A stretch of 34,382 nucleotides of DNA, taken from NCBI GenBank assembly GCA_046757025.1, contig JBHHXN010000043.1, forward strand, positions 1-34,382, written 5' to 3'. The notes under the pieces were generated by a model. It saw only the letters and a program-made list of their open reading frames with translations. It did not search any database and was not told the DNA's origin. The translations under genes and the position numbers were made by a program. Positions 8,670 through 18,423 of the stretch are shown in pieces. Each line of letters starts with the position of its first letter. Positions within the stretch are counted from its first letter, which is position 1. The DNA is from a bacterium. GTDB taxonomy: Bacteria > Zhuqueibacterota > Zhuqueibacteria > Oceanimicrobiales > Oceanimicrobiaceae.

Positions 8670-9683
8670 ATGGTTGTGGTGATGGAAGAACACGCGACTG
8701 AAAACGACATTCAAAAAGTCATATCAAAATTGACTGAAATGAATTTTGATGTGCATCGTTCCACCGGCGTCAATCAAACCGTGTTAGGAGCCGTTGGCGA
8801 TAAGCGGGGGCTGGACACTCGCATCCTGGAACTGCTGCAGGGTGTACACAAAGTCATCCGGATTACCGAGCCGTTTAAATTGACCAGCCGTACCTTTCAA
8901 CCTCAAAATACCATCATTAAAATCAAAGACGTCGAAATTGGCGGAAACAAACTGGTGATGATGGCGGGCCCTTGTTCTGTGGAAGATGAGGTGCAAATTC
9001 GCAAAATTGCCCGTATCGTTCAAAAAGCCGGCGCCAAAGTGTTACGCGGGGGGGCGTTTAAACCGCGCACTTCGCCTTACAGCTTCCAGGGACTTGGCGA
9101 GGAAGGTCTGAAATATCTGCAAAAGGCCGCTCAGGAAAATGACCTGATCTGCATTTCCGAAGTGATGGAGAGCCAATACATTCCCATGATGGTTGAGTAC
9201 GTGGATATTTTGCAGGTAGGCGCCCGCAACATGCAAAACTTTTCGCTCCTGCGCGACCTGGGAAAAATTCACAAGCCCGTGCTTTTGAAACGCGGCATGT
9301 CTGCCACTATCGAAGAATTGTTGATGGCAGCGGAATACATCATGGCCGGCGGCAACTTCGAAGTGATTCTTTGCGAGCGCGGTATTCGCACCTTTGAGAA
9401 TTATACACGCAACACGCTGGATATCTCGGCCATTCCCATCGTGAAAAAATTAAGTCATCTGCCCATCATTGCCGATCCCAGTCACGCTACTGGCCGGCGG
9501 GACAAAGTGCCGCCCATGGCACGCGCAGCGGTCGCCGCCGGCGCCGATGGCTTGATAGTGGAGGTGCACCACAATCCCGAACTGGCGCTTTCGGATGGCG
9601 CGCAATCGCTCTACCCGGAACAATTTGAACAGCTCATGAAAGAGCTGGAAATCATCGCCCGCGCCGTGGATAAGCTCTGGTGA
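8670..9683 (+). CDS. aroF: DAHP synthase type I-beta with N-terminal regulatory domain
   Basis: [52 protein letters not shown]; about 65-aa N-terminal extension as in Thermotoga-type enzymes. Confidence 0.95.
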   Translation: MVVVMEEHATENDIQKVISKLTEMNFDVHRSTGVNQTVLGAVGDKRGLDTRILELLQGVHKVIRITEPFKLTSRTFQPQNTIIKIKDVEIGGNKLVMMAGPCSVEDEVQIRKIARIVQKAGAKVLRGGAFKPRTSPYSFQGLGEEGLKYLQKAAQENDLICISEVMESQYIPMMVEYVDILQVGARNMQNFSLLRDLGKIHKPVLLKRGMSATIEELLMAAEYIMAGGNFEVILCERGIRTFENYTRNTLDISAIPIVKKLSHLPIIADPSHATGRRDKVPPMARAAVAAGADGLIVEVHHNPELALSDGAQSLYPEQFEQLMKELEIIARAVDKLW

Positions 9684-9689
9684 TTTTGC

Positions 9690-9718
9690 TTGCTACTTAC
9701 CGAGGAGTTGCGTATAAT
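9690..9718 (+). promoter_or_regulatory. Candidate internal sigma70 promoter upstream of tyrA
   Basis: TTGCTA (9690-9695), 17-nt spacer, TATAAT (9713-9718) in the 56-nt aroF-tyrA gap. Confidence 0.65.
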
Positions 9719-9739
9719 TTAAAAAATACGACTTGAAAA

Positions 9740-10837
9740 ATGAAATTTGAAAACGTGGCCATTGTTGGTCTGGGTTTAATCGGAGGTTCTCTGGCGGCGG
9801 CATTTAAGCGCAAAAAAGCGGTGGGGCATATCACTGGGATCGATTACGGCGAGGTAGTGGTCAAAGGTCAATCCATGGGTTTGATCGATCGCGGTTGTGC
9901 TCCAGAGCAGCTAGATAGGGGAGTAGCCGCAGCAGATTTGGTTATATTAGCCACGCCCATTTCCGATATTTTGAAATGGCTGCCAGAAGTGGGAAGTCGT
10001 GCCAAATCTGGCGCACTCATCACCGATGTGGGCAGCACCAAAGTTGCAATCACCGAATGTGCGGCGCAGCATTTACCTCCAGGGATTCACTTTCTGGGCG
10101 GACATCCCATGACGGGTGCTGAGCACCGGGGCGTGGCGCACGCGGATGCTTTTTTGTTCGAAAATGCGGTGTTTGTAATTACCGAAAATGACGTGGTTCC
10201 GGAAGACCTCGTTTATGGCTACGTCGAACTCTTAGAAAGCATCGGGGCGAAAGTCCTCTTTCTGTCTGCACATCTGCACGACAAAATCGCGGCGGTGGTA
10301 AGTCATCTACCGCAACTTCTGGCCATTACACTCATGAAATATGCCGCCGCGTGCAGCCAGCAAAATTCCGCTTATTTGAAATTGGCCGCGGGCGGATTCC
10401 GGGATATGACCCGGGTGGCTTCCAGTCCCTACGAAATCTGGCACGATATTTTAGCCACCAATCGCGACCACATCGATGGCGCCATTGAACGATTTATCAA
10501 GGAACTGGAAAATCTGCGCCGCTTGATGAATCAGAGCGAGCTGGAATCGGAATTTATCGCGGCGGCGCACAACCGTCTTTCCATCCCCACGGATACCCGC
10601 GGTTTCATCAAACCGCACTTCGACGTCACCGTGGTGGTGGAAGACAAACCCGGCGTAATTTCCTCCATCGCCGCCATTCTCGCTGAGCAAAATATCAACA
10701 TCAAAGACATCGAAATTTTAAAAGTGCGCGAAGGGGATGCCGGTACCCTGCGCCTGGCTTTCGAGAGCCGTCGCAACCGGCAGCAGGCCATGCAATTGCT
10801 CTCATCCAGCGGCTATCAGGTCTCAAAACGAGAATGA
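9740..10837 (+). CDS. tyrA: Prephenate/arogenate dehydrogenase with C-terminal ACT domain
   Basis: GLGLIGGS, DVGSTK, GGHPMTG, HD..VSHLPQL, GFRDMTRVA; ACT-like EDKPGVISSIAAILAEQNINI. Confidence 0.94.
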   Translation: MKFENVAIVGLGLIGGSLAAAFKRKKAVGHITGIDYGEVVVKGQSMGLIDRGCAPEQLDRGVAAADLVILATPISDILKWLPEVGSRAKSGALITDVGSTKVAITECAAQHLPPGIHFLGGHPMTGAEHRGVAHADAFLFENAVFVITENDVVPEDLVYGYVELLESIGAKVLFLSAHLHDKIAAVVSHLPQLLAITLMKYAAACSQQNSAYLKLAAGGFRDMTRVASSPYEIWHDILATNRDHIDGAIERFIKELENLRRLMNQSELESEFIAAAHNRLSIPTDTRGFIKPHFDVTVVVEDKPGVISSIAAILAEQNINIKDIEILKVREGDAGTLRLAFESRRNRQQAMQLLSSSGYQVSKRE

Positions 10838-10858
10838 GTTGAAATCGGGATTCCCATC

Positions 10859-12142
10859 ATGGACCAGATCATTTCTCCTGCCAAATATCTTTCAGGTTGC
10901 ATCCGGCTTCCGGGCGATAAATCCATTTCGCATCGTGCGTTGATGATGGCAGCCATTGCCGAAGGTACGACAGAAATCGAAAATCTTTCTACCGGAAAAG
11001 ATGTGCAAAGCACGGCTAATTGCCTGCGTCAGTTGGGGGTTAAAGTGAAACAAAAAGCAGGGGTGGTTCAGGTGGTTGGCAGAGGATTAGACGGTTTGGT
11101 CAAACCGGATGCGACCCTCGACGTGGGCAACTCTGGTACCACCATGCGTTTACTCGCGGGTATTTTAGCCGGGCACGCGTTTACTTCAACCATCCGAGGC
11201 GATGCTTCTATTCAGCGGCGCCCAATGTCTCGCATCGTCAAACCATTACGGCAAATGGGAGCCGATGTACAAGCTGTGAAAGGGGAATTCGCTCCCCTGA
11301 GGATCACGGGCGGGAATTTGCGCGCCATTTCTTATCGCATGCCGGTGGCCAGCGCACAGTTGAAATCCTGTATTTTGTTCGCCGGCCTGTACGCCGACGG
11401 CACCACTGAAGTCATCGAGCCTTCCCTTACCCGAGATCATACCGAAAGGATGCTGCAAACATTCGGTGCGCAATTGAACAAAGACGGTCTCAAATCGTCC
11501 GTTTCAGCTCGGCCGCAATTGCGGGCTCAAAAAATATTCGTTCCGGGTGATTTATCGTCTGCGGCCTTTTTTATCGCCGCCGGCATTCTGGGAGCTGAAT
11601 CTGAGCTGCTCATAGAAAATGTGGGAATAAACCCGACTCGCAAAGCTTTCCTGACGATTCTGTGTGACCTGGGGGCGCGGATTGAAATTATCAATGTGGC
11701 CAGCATGAACAATGAACTGGTCGCGGATATTCTTGTACAAAGTTCAAAATTAAAGGGCCTCCGCATTCCTCCGGAAAAGGTACCACAAGTGATCGACGAG
11801 CTGCCCGTGCTGGCGGTGTTGGCTACGCAAGCTGAGGGCTCCACAGAAATCCGCGGAGCCGGCGAACTGCGATTTAAAGAGTCAGATCGCTTGCGAGCGG
11901 TATCCCGTAATTTGCATAAAATGGGCGCCGAGGTTGAGGAGTTAGAGGACGGTTGGATCGTTCATGGACCGGTGCAATTACAAGGTGCTGAATTGGACAG
12001 TTACCACGATCATCGCATCGCTATGGCTTTTACCGTGGCCGCACTCACGGCCCGCGGTCCCTCAAAAATCCGCCATGCCGACTGTGCCCAAATCAGTTTT
12101 CCTGAATTTTATGACCTTCTCCAAAGGGTTCGAAATGATTGA
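10859..12142 (+). CDS. aroA: EPSP synthase (class II-type motifs)
   Basis: PGDKSISHR, GNSGTTMR, SAQLKS, RDHTE, NPTR, KESDR, DHRIAM. Confidence 0.97.
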   Translation: MDQIISPAKYLSGCIRLPGDKSISHRALMMAAIAEGTTEIENLSTGKDVQSTANCLRQLGVKVKQKAGVVQVVGRGLDGLVKPDATLDVGNSGTTMRLLAGILAGHAFTSTIRGDASIQRRPMSRIVKPLRQMGADVQAVKGEFAPLRITGGNLRAISYRMPVASAQLKSCILFAGLYADGTTEVIEPSLTRDHTERMLQTFGAQLNKDGLKSSVSARPQLRAQKIFVPGDLSSAAFFIAAGILGAESELLIENVGINPTRKAFLTILCDLGARIEIINVASMNNELVADILVQSSKLKGLRIPPEKVPQVIDELPVLAVLATQAEGSTEIRGAGELRFKESDRLRAVSRNLHKMGAEVEELEDGWIVHGPVQLQGAELDSYHDHRIAMAFTVAALTARGPSKIRHADCAQISFPEFYDLLQRVRND

Positions 12143-13016
12143 GCAAACCCCGATTTTGCTGGCTTTGATCGGAGATCCGGTGCAGCACTCAGTTTCGCCG
12201 TACATGCATTCCTTTTTTTTACATATTCTCAAGCGGCCGGGCTGTTATCATCTATTTCCCACCAAAAAGGAAACACTTGCTGAGGTCGTTGCGGGTATGA
12301 AAGCGCTAAGTTTCAGCGGGTTTAATATCACCATCCCGCACAAAGAAACCATCCTGCCATTATTGGATGAAATCGACGCCGATGCTCAAACCATCGGAGC
12401 GGTGAATGCGGTGGTCATTCGAGACCGAAAACTGTTTGGATTTAATACGGACTGCCTAGGATTTGCCCGGGTTTTAAACCACCATCAGGTGCAAATCCAA
12501 AACCAATCGGTGGTGGTGTTAGGCGCGGGCGGAGCTGCCAGAGCGGTATGTGTGCATTTAATTCGGGCAGGCGTCAAAAAAATCGACCTTTTTAATCGCA
12601 GCCAAATTCGCATGATACAACTGCAGACTTCGTTGACACGTAAAACCGGCTTTACTCGCTTTTCTCTCAATGAACTGTCCGACTCGAGTCTTGATCAGGC
12701 GCTCACCCACAGCCAGGTGATCATCAACACCACTTCTGCCGGCATGTGGCCGCAAATTGAAGACAGCCCATATTCATTTGAAATCGATGGCGCCGGCCTT
12801 GTGGCAATTGATTTGATCTACAATCCACTGGAAACCGCCTTTTTACGGGCAGCGAAACATGCCGGCGCAAGCATCATCGATGGACTGGATATGTTGATTT
12901 TACAGGGGGTGGCATCTTTCAAACTCTGGACGAACTGTTCAATTGATTTAAAAATGAATTATTCTAAATTAAGAACACTTTTAATAAAAAGACTAACCGT
13001 AGATGGCACGAATTAA
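12135..13016 (+). CDS. aroE: Shikimate dehydrogenase
   Basis: Start reassigned to ATG 12135 overlapping aroA end: GDPVQHSVSP, NITIPHK, GAVN, NTD, GAGGAAR, DLIYNP, GLDMLILQG. Confidence 0.94.
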   Translation: MIEQTPILLALIGDPVQHSVSPYMHSFFLHILKRPGCYHLFPTKKETLAEVVAGMKALSFSGFNITIPHKETILPLLDEIDADAQTIGAVNAVVIRDRKLFGFNTDCLGFARVLNHHQVQIQNQSVVVLGAGGAARAVCVHLIRAGVKKIDLFNRSQIRMIQLQTSLTRKTGFTRFSLNELSDSSLDQALTHSQVIINTTSAGMWPQIEDSPYSFEIDGAGLVAIDLIYNPLETAFLRAAKHAGASIIDGLDMLILQGVASFKLWTNCSIDLKMNYSKLRTLLIKRLTVDGTN

Positions 13017-14199
13017 ATTTTTAACCGCCGGGGAATCTCACGGCCTGGGGCTGGTGGGAATTATGGAAGGTCTGCCAGCCGGCTTGACAATCAGCGAAGA
13101 AGAAATTTACCTCGAGCTGCAGCGTCGGCAAAAGGGACATGGCCGGGGCGGACGCATGAAAATTGAATCCGATCGCGCTCAAATATTGTCCGGGGTGCGA
13201 TTTGGAGAAACCACCGGCGGCCCCATCGCACTCTTAGTAGCCAACAAAGACTGGAAGAACTGGCAGGGAAAAATGTCGGTCGAGCCCATTATCCAGCCTG
13301 TGCAAAAGGTGACGGTGCCACGACCAGGACACGCGGATTTGGCCGGCGCCATCAAATACGGCCATGCAGATATTCGCAATGTTTTGGAAAGGGCCAGCGC
13401 CCGGGAAACTGCCATGCGCGTCGCGCTGGGCACTATCGCCCGAAAATTACTGGCGGAATTCGATATTAAAATTGTCAGCCACGTGGTGCAAATTCATTCA
13501 GTGAAAAGCGAGTTTAGCGCTGTGAAGGCCGGCAAACAAGACACCTGTTCCGGAATTCGACTGGATAGAATCAATCACCTGGCAGAGGCTTCTCCCGTAC
13601 GCTGTTTGGACGACGCGCTTTCCCATAAAATGATGGCCGTCATCGACGAAGCCAAAAAACAAAAAAACACTGTGGGCGGCGTATTTGAAGTGATCGCCCT
13701 GAATCTGCCGGTGGGATTGGGAAGTTATGTGCACTGGCACCGCAAACTGGACGCCCGTCTGGCCCAAGCGGTCATGAGCATCCCCGCCATCAAAGGCGTG
13801 GAAATCGGCGCCGGCTTTGAGTCAGTCGGGGAATTTGGTTCGCAGGTGCACGATCCGATCTACTATGATCAGGAAAACCAAAACTACTACCGCTCGCGCA
13901 ATTCTGCAGGCGGACTGGAAGGCGGCGTCACCAACGGCATGCCGCTGGTTGTGAGGGCGGCCATGAAACCGATTTCCACGCTCATGCAGCCGCTGGATTC
14001 CGTGGATATGCACACGAAAGAAAAAACACCAGCACACATCGAACGCAGCGACGTGTGCGCGGTTCCGGCCGCTTCGGTCATCGGCGAAGCGGTGGTCGCC
14101 CTGACTCTGGCAGACGTTTTCGCCGAAAAATATGGTGGTGATTCTCTTTCTGAAATGCAGTCAAACTACCAGGAGAGCCGCAAGCGCGCCCATGGCTGA
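13003..14199 (+). CDS. aroC: Chorismate synthase
   Basis: TAGESHG, RPGHADL, ERASARETA, SIPAIKGVE, GGLEGG, MKPI, RSD. Confidence 0.97.
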   Translation: MARIKFLTAGESHGLGLVGIMEGLPAGLTISEEEIYLELQRRQKGHGRGGRMKIESDRAQILSGVRFGETTGGPIALLVANKDWKNWQGKMSVEPIIQPVQKVTVPRPGHADLAGAIKYGHADIRNVLERASARETAMRVALGTIARKLLAEFDIKIVSHVVQIHSVKSEFSAVKAGKQDTCSGIRLDRINHLAEASPVRCLDDALSHKMMAVIDEAKKQKNTVGGVFEVIALNLPVGLGSYVHWHRKLDARLAQAVMSIPAIKGVEIGAGFESVGEFGSQVHDPIYYDQENQNYYRSRNSAGGLEGGVTNGMPLVVRAAMKPISTLMQPLDSVDMHTKEKTPAHIERSDVCAVPAASVIGEAVVALTLADVFAEKYGGDSLSEMQSNYQESRKRAHG

Positions 14200-14719
14200 G
14201 AAAAATATTTACCTCGTTGGATTTATGGCGTCCGGCAAAACCACGGTCGGCCAAATATTGGCGCGAAAATTAAACAGAAGATTTATCGATACCGATGCGC
14301 TCATCGAGCAAGAAACGGGCTTGACTATATCTGCTGTTTTTCAAAACAAAGGCGAGATTTTTTTCAGAGAACTGGAACAGGAGGTGGTTAAAAAAGTGGC
14401 ACAGGAAACGGGCGCGGTGGTTGCCATGGGAGGGGGTGTGGTGCTGAAACTGGAAAACTGGTCATGCATTCAGAGCAGCGGTATCTCAATTTATCTGAAA
14501 TGGCCGTTACAGTACTTGCTGCCGAGGTTGGTGCAAACCGATTCGCGACCGTTGATTCATCATACGGATCCGATAAAACGAATTGCGGCCCTTGAAAAAT
14601 TGTTCACCGAGCGTCAGGCGTTTTATGAAAAAGCCGATTTTACCATCGTTTGTAAACCTCATTTTACTCCGGATTCATTAGCAGCTAAATTGATCTTGCG
14701 GTTAAAAGAAAGTTTATGA
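14192..14719 (+). CDS. aroK: Shikimate kinase
   Basis: Start reassigned to ATG 14192: NIYLVGFMASGKTT (Walker A), DTD, GE.FFRELE, GGG, RPL. Confidence 0.94.
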   Translation: MAEKNIYLVGFMASGKTTVGQILARKLNRRFIDTDALIEQETGLTISAVFQNKGEIFFRELEQEVVKKVAQETGAVVAMGGGVVLKLENWSCIQSSGISIYLKWPLQYLLPRLVQTDSRPLIHHTDPIKRIAALEKLFTERQAFYEKADFTIVCKPHFTPDSLAAKLILRLKESL

Positions 14720-15576
14720 AAAAAATATTGATCATTCACGGACCCAATTTGAATCTCCTGGGAGAGAGAGAGCCTGAAATTTATGGGCATCTTCCACTGG
14801 ATGACATCAATCACACCCTCGTCAAGTTTGCAGAAAACATGCAAATCAGCACCAAAACCTTTCAGACTAACCACGAAGGTCAGCTCATCGATTTCATTCA
14901 TGACCACCGCAAATGGGCCGACGGTGTGATTATAAATCCAGGGGCGTTTACGCATTATAGCTACGCCCTCCGGGATGCCATTGCCGCGGTTGACTTGCCC
15001 ACGGTAGAAGTTCATTTGTCAGACATTCAAAAACGGGAAGCGTTTCGCAGACACTCCGTGATCAAGGATGTGTGCGTAAAACAAATCTCTGGTCTCGGAC
15101 ATGTGGGCTATTTGCGCGCTTTGGAATATCTTGTCGGTCACCACGTGGTTCAGGTCATTGCTCAGACTAAATTAACCATTAGGGATTTCGACCAGATTTT
15201 GAAAGAAGCCGTTAAATTATTAAAAGACCGTTTTCCAAAATATTCCTGGGTGGGAATTTATCTGGTACAAGGTCCGGAATTAGTGCTGCACAACTATTTA
15301 GGCAAGCCAACTCCGCACCGGCGAATTCCCATCGGCAAAGGCATTTGCGGGGCGGCTGTTGCCGAGAAACAAACGATCCTAGTTCAGGACGTCAACGCCG
15401 ACCCGCGGTATCTGGCCTGCAGCCTCGAGACACAATCAGAAATGGTGGTGCCTATCTGGAAAGGCAAATCCATCGTTGGCGAGATCGACATCGATAGCGA
15501 CTTGCGGGATATTTTTCATGACGGTGATCGTGAAATATTAGAAAAATGCGCGGGAATGTTATCCGACATTTTTTAA
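14716..15576 (+). CDS. aroQ: Type II 3-dehydroquinate dehydratase fused to C-terminal fRMsr-like GAF domain
   Basis: Residues about 1-140: HGPNLNLLGEREPEIYG, INPGAFTHYS, EVHLS; residues about 155-286: WVGIYL, GKGICG, YLACS, SEMVVP, GEIDIDS. Confidence 0.92.
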   Translation: MKKILIIHGPNLNLLGEREPEIYGHLPLDDINHTLVKFAENMQISTKTFQTNHEGQLIDFIHDHRKWADGVIINPGAFTHYSYALRDAIAAVDLPTVEVHLSDIQKREAFRRHSVIKDVCVKQISGLGHVGYLRALEYLVGHHVVQVIAQTKLTIRDFDQILKEAVKLLKDRFPKYSWVGIYLVQGPELVLHNYLGKPTPHRRIPIGKGICGAAVAEKQTILVQDVNADPRYLACSLETQSEMVVPIWKGKSIVGEIDIDSDLRDIFHDGDREILEKCAGMLSDIF

Positions 15577-15721
15577 CGTCAGCGTGGCTTGCGACAGGTT
15601 TGCAATGAAAAGCATACAATTTGTCATTTACCCACTAATGGCGAATAAAACCTGTCATGATTAATTTCGAAGTTGGCATTAAGCTCATAAAAAACAAACT
15701 ATCAAATTTAATGAACAATTA

Positions 15722-15737
15722 TGGTATAAAAGTTGCA
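15722..15737 (+). promoter_or_regulatory. Candidate sigma54 (-24/-12) promoter of lon
   Basis: TGGTATAAAAGTTGCA matches TGGCACN5TTGCW with exact GG-N10-GC spacing, about 60 nt upstream of ATG. Confidence 0.65.
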
Positions 15738-15796
15738 GAATGGGTGGATTTACTGGAGTAAATTGACTAAATGACAAAAAATATAGGAACACAAAA

Positions 15797-18220
15797 ATGA
15801 GTGAAGACAAGTCAAAAACGAGTGAAATGGATGAATTGTCTGAGGAAAATCACGTGGAAGAGATAGAAGATTCTGAGAAAAAAGAAGAAATTGATTTTAA
15901 ACTACCGCAGGTGTTGCCGATTTTGCCGTTGAGAAATACGGTGGTTTTCCCGCAGCAAATTTTGCCTATTTCCGTTGGCCGCGAGAAATCGATCAAATTG
16001 ATCGAAGACGCCATGAGCGAAACCAAATTGATCACACTGGTAGCTCAACAAAACGGTGACATCGACAAACCCGTGCCGAAAGATTTATTTTCCTGGGGAA
16101 CCATTGCCACCATCATCAAAGTGTTTAAAATGCCGGATGGCACCCAGAGTGTGATGATTCAGGGGCTGCGCAGAGTCAAAGTTATCGACTATACTCAAAT
16201 TGAGCCGTATTTTAAAGCTCTGGTGCAGCCCGAAAATGAAACTTACATGGAAGGTGTGGACATCGACGCGCTGGTGGGGAATCTGCGCGATCTATTTCAA
16301 AAAGTGGTGGGGTTGGCGAATTATTTAACTCCTGAACACGTCATGTTGGTGACCAACACCGATTCTCCCGGCCGCCTTGCCGATATCATCGCCTGGAATT
16401 TGAATATTAGCACCGCTGAAAAACAGTCTATTCTGGAAATCGTCGATATCAAGAAACGGCTCGAAAAGCTCACCTATTTGCTCACTAAAGAATTGCAGAT
16501 TCTGGAGTTGGGAAGCAAGATTCAATCAGAAGTGCAGGGCGAGATCAACAAAACGCAGCGAGAATATTACCTTAGAGAACAGCTTAAAGCTATCAAACGA
16601 GAATTGGGCGACGAACAGGACGAGCGCACCGTCGAGATCAATGAATTGCGTAAAAAGATTAAAGAAAGCAAGATGCCCAGGGAGGTGGAAGAAGTTGCGG
16701 AGAAAGAGCTAGATCGGCTTTCTAAAATGCCGCCGGCCGCGGCAGAATATACGGTTGCCCGCACTTACCTGGATTGGTTGATCGAGGTGCCATGGAGCAA
16801 AAGTACTGAAGACAACCTCGATGTGCACGATGCGCAGAAAGTTCTGGATGAAGATCATTACGATCTGGATAAAGTCAAAAAACGAATCATCGAATATTTA
16901 GCGGTACGCAAATTGAAAAAGGATATGAAAGGACCGATTTTGTGTTTTGTCGGACCTCCCGGTGTGGGTAAAACCTCTCTCGGTAAGTCTATTGCCCGGG
17001 CACTCGGGCGGAAATTTATACGCATTTCGCTCGGCGGTGTGCGCGACGAGGCAGAAATCCGAGGGCACCGCAGGACTTACATCGGTGCTTTGCCCGGACG
17101 CATTATTCAGGGCTTGAAAAAAGTGCAATCCTGTAATCCGGTGTTTATGTTGGATGAAATCGATAAAGTCGGGATGGATTTTCGCGGTGATCCTTCCTCC
17201 GCGCTTTTAGAAGTTCTGGATCCGGAGCAGAACTTTTCGTTTTCCGATCATTATCTGGAAGTCCCATTTGATCTGTCGCAAGTGATGTTTATTGCCACAG
17301 CCAATTTAGCCGATCCCATCATCCCCGCTTTAAAGGATCGGATGGAAATTATTGAGCTGCCAGGCTATACAGAAGAAGATAAGTTGAAAATCGCGCAAAA
17401 GTATCTGATCCCGAAACAACTTGAAGAGCACGGCTTGAATGAAAGTCAATTGAAGTTCGAAGAAGAAGCCATTCTCAGTGTAATTCACTCCTACACAAAG
17501 GAAGCGGGCGTCCGAAATTTAGAACGTGAGCTGGCGTCGGTCTGTCGCGGAGTGGCGCGTGAAGTGGTAGAAGGCAAAACCGAATCCAAAACCATTAAAT
17601 CTGAAATGCTGGATAAATATCTGGGACCCATCAAATTCTTTTCGGAAGTAGCAGAAAGAACCGCCAGGCCTGGGGTAGCCACGGGTTTGGCCTGGACGCC
17701 TGTGGGCGGCGATATCTTATTTATCGAAGCCACAAAGATGCCCGGTAAAGGCGAGCTCATTCTCACCGGTTCCCTTGGCGATGTGATGAAAGAATCGGCC
17801 CGGGCAGCTTTGAGTTACATCCAGTCAAAAGCCGCTGAGTTTGAAATCGATGATGATATATTTAAAAAATACGATATCCATATTCATGTACCGGCCGGGG
17901 CTATTCCGAAAGACGGTCCCTCAGCAGGAGTCACCATTTTCACGACACTGGTCTCCTTACTGACAAACAAATTGGTCAAAAATGATGTGGCGATGACCGG
18001 TGAAATCACCTTGCGAGGACTGGTTCTGCCCATTGGCGGCATCAAAGAAAAAGTGCTTGCCGCCAATCGAGCGGGTATAAAAAAAGTGATTCTGCCCGAA
18101 AAAAATAAAAAGGATTTGGAAGAAATACCCGAAGTCATTCGTAAAAATGTGGAGCTTTGTTTTGTAAAAGACATGGATGGCGTCATGAAACACGCCATTG
18201 CGGGTGGAAAATCGTTCTAA
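15797..18220 (+). CDS. lon: ATP-dependent Lon protease
   Basis: LPLRN..VFP N-domain, GPPGVGKT, LDEIDK, PKDGPSAG (catalytic Ser), GGIKEK (catalytic Lys). Confidence 0.98.
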   Translation: MSEDKSKTSEMDELSEENHVEEIEDSEKKEEIDFKLPQVLPILPLRNTVVFPQQILPISVGREKSIKLIEDAMSETKLITLVAQQNGDIDKPVPKDLFSWGTIATIIKVFKMPDGTQSVMIQGLRRVKVIDYTQIEPYFKALVQPENETYMEGVDIDALVGNLRDLFQKVVGLANYLTPEHVMLVTNTDSPGRLADIIAWNLNISTAEKQSILEIVDIKKRLEKLTYLLTKELQILELGSKIQSEVQGEINKTQREYYLREQLKAIKRELGDEQDERTVEINELRKKIKESKMPREVEEVAEKELDRLSKMPPAAAEYTVARTYLDWLIEVPWSKSTEDNLDVHDAQKVLDEDHYDLDKVKKRIIEYLAVRKLKKDMKGPILCFVGPPGVGKTSLGKSIARALGRKFIRISLGGVRDEAEIRGHRRTYIGALPGRIIQGLKKVQSCNPVFMLDEIDKVGMDFRGDPSSALLEVLDPEQNFSFSDHYLEVPFDLSQVMFIATANLADPIIPALKDRMEIIELPGYTEEDKLKIAQKYLIPKQLEEHGLNESQLKFEEEAILSVIHSYTKEAGVRNLERELASVCRGVAREVVEGKTESKTIKSEMLDKYLGPIKFFSEVAERTARPGVATGLAWTPVGGDILFIEATKMPGKGELILTGSLGDVMKESARAALSYIQSKAAEFEIDDDIFKKYDIHIHVPAGAIPKDGPSAGVTIFTTLVSLLTNKLVKNDVAMTGEITLRGLVLPIGGIKEKVLAANRAGIKKVILPEKNKKDLEEIPEVIRKNVELCFVKDMDGVMKHAIAGGKSF

Positions 18221-18307
18221 ATTGTATCAAGAAAATCAAATTGCATCAACAGAATACATTTATTAATAAATAGTAAAAGAATATACATATTGTTTATTTA
18301 TCATAAA

Positions 18308-18362
18308 AAACAATAACTTGCCTCAGTTTTTTGGCCTCAATGAATTTGGCACAGAGTTTGAT
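18308..18362 (+). promoter_or_regulatory. Candidate sigma54 promoter with upstream IHF-like site
   Basis: TGGCACAGAGTTTGAT (18347-18362): consensus -24 box, -12 box TTGA instead of TTGC; AAACAATAACTTG (18308-18320) resembles WATCAAN4TTR in an AT-rich tract. Confidence 0.5.
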
Positions 18363-18423
18363 TAAGTTGTAGGAACAATCAATTTTTCAAATTCATTCAC
18401 CCATTACCACTTCTTTGAGGCCT

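Noticed and set aside
11964..12134. N-terminal extension of aroE
   Set aside because: Lies inside aroA; homology begins after ATG 12135.
14132..14191. N-terminal extension of aroK
   Set aside because: Lies inside aroC; ATG 14192 gives a normal shikimate kinase start.
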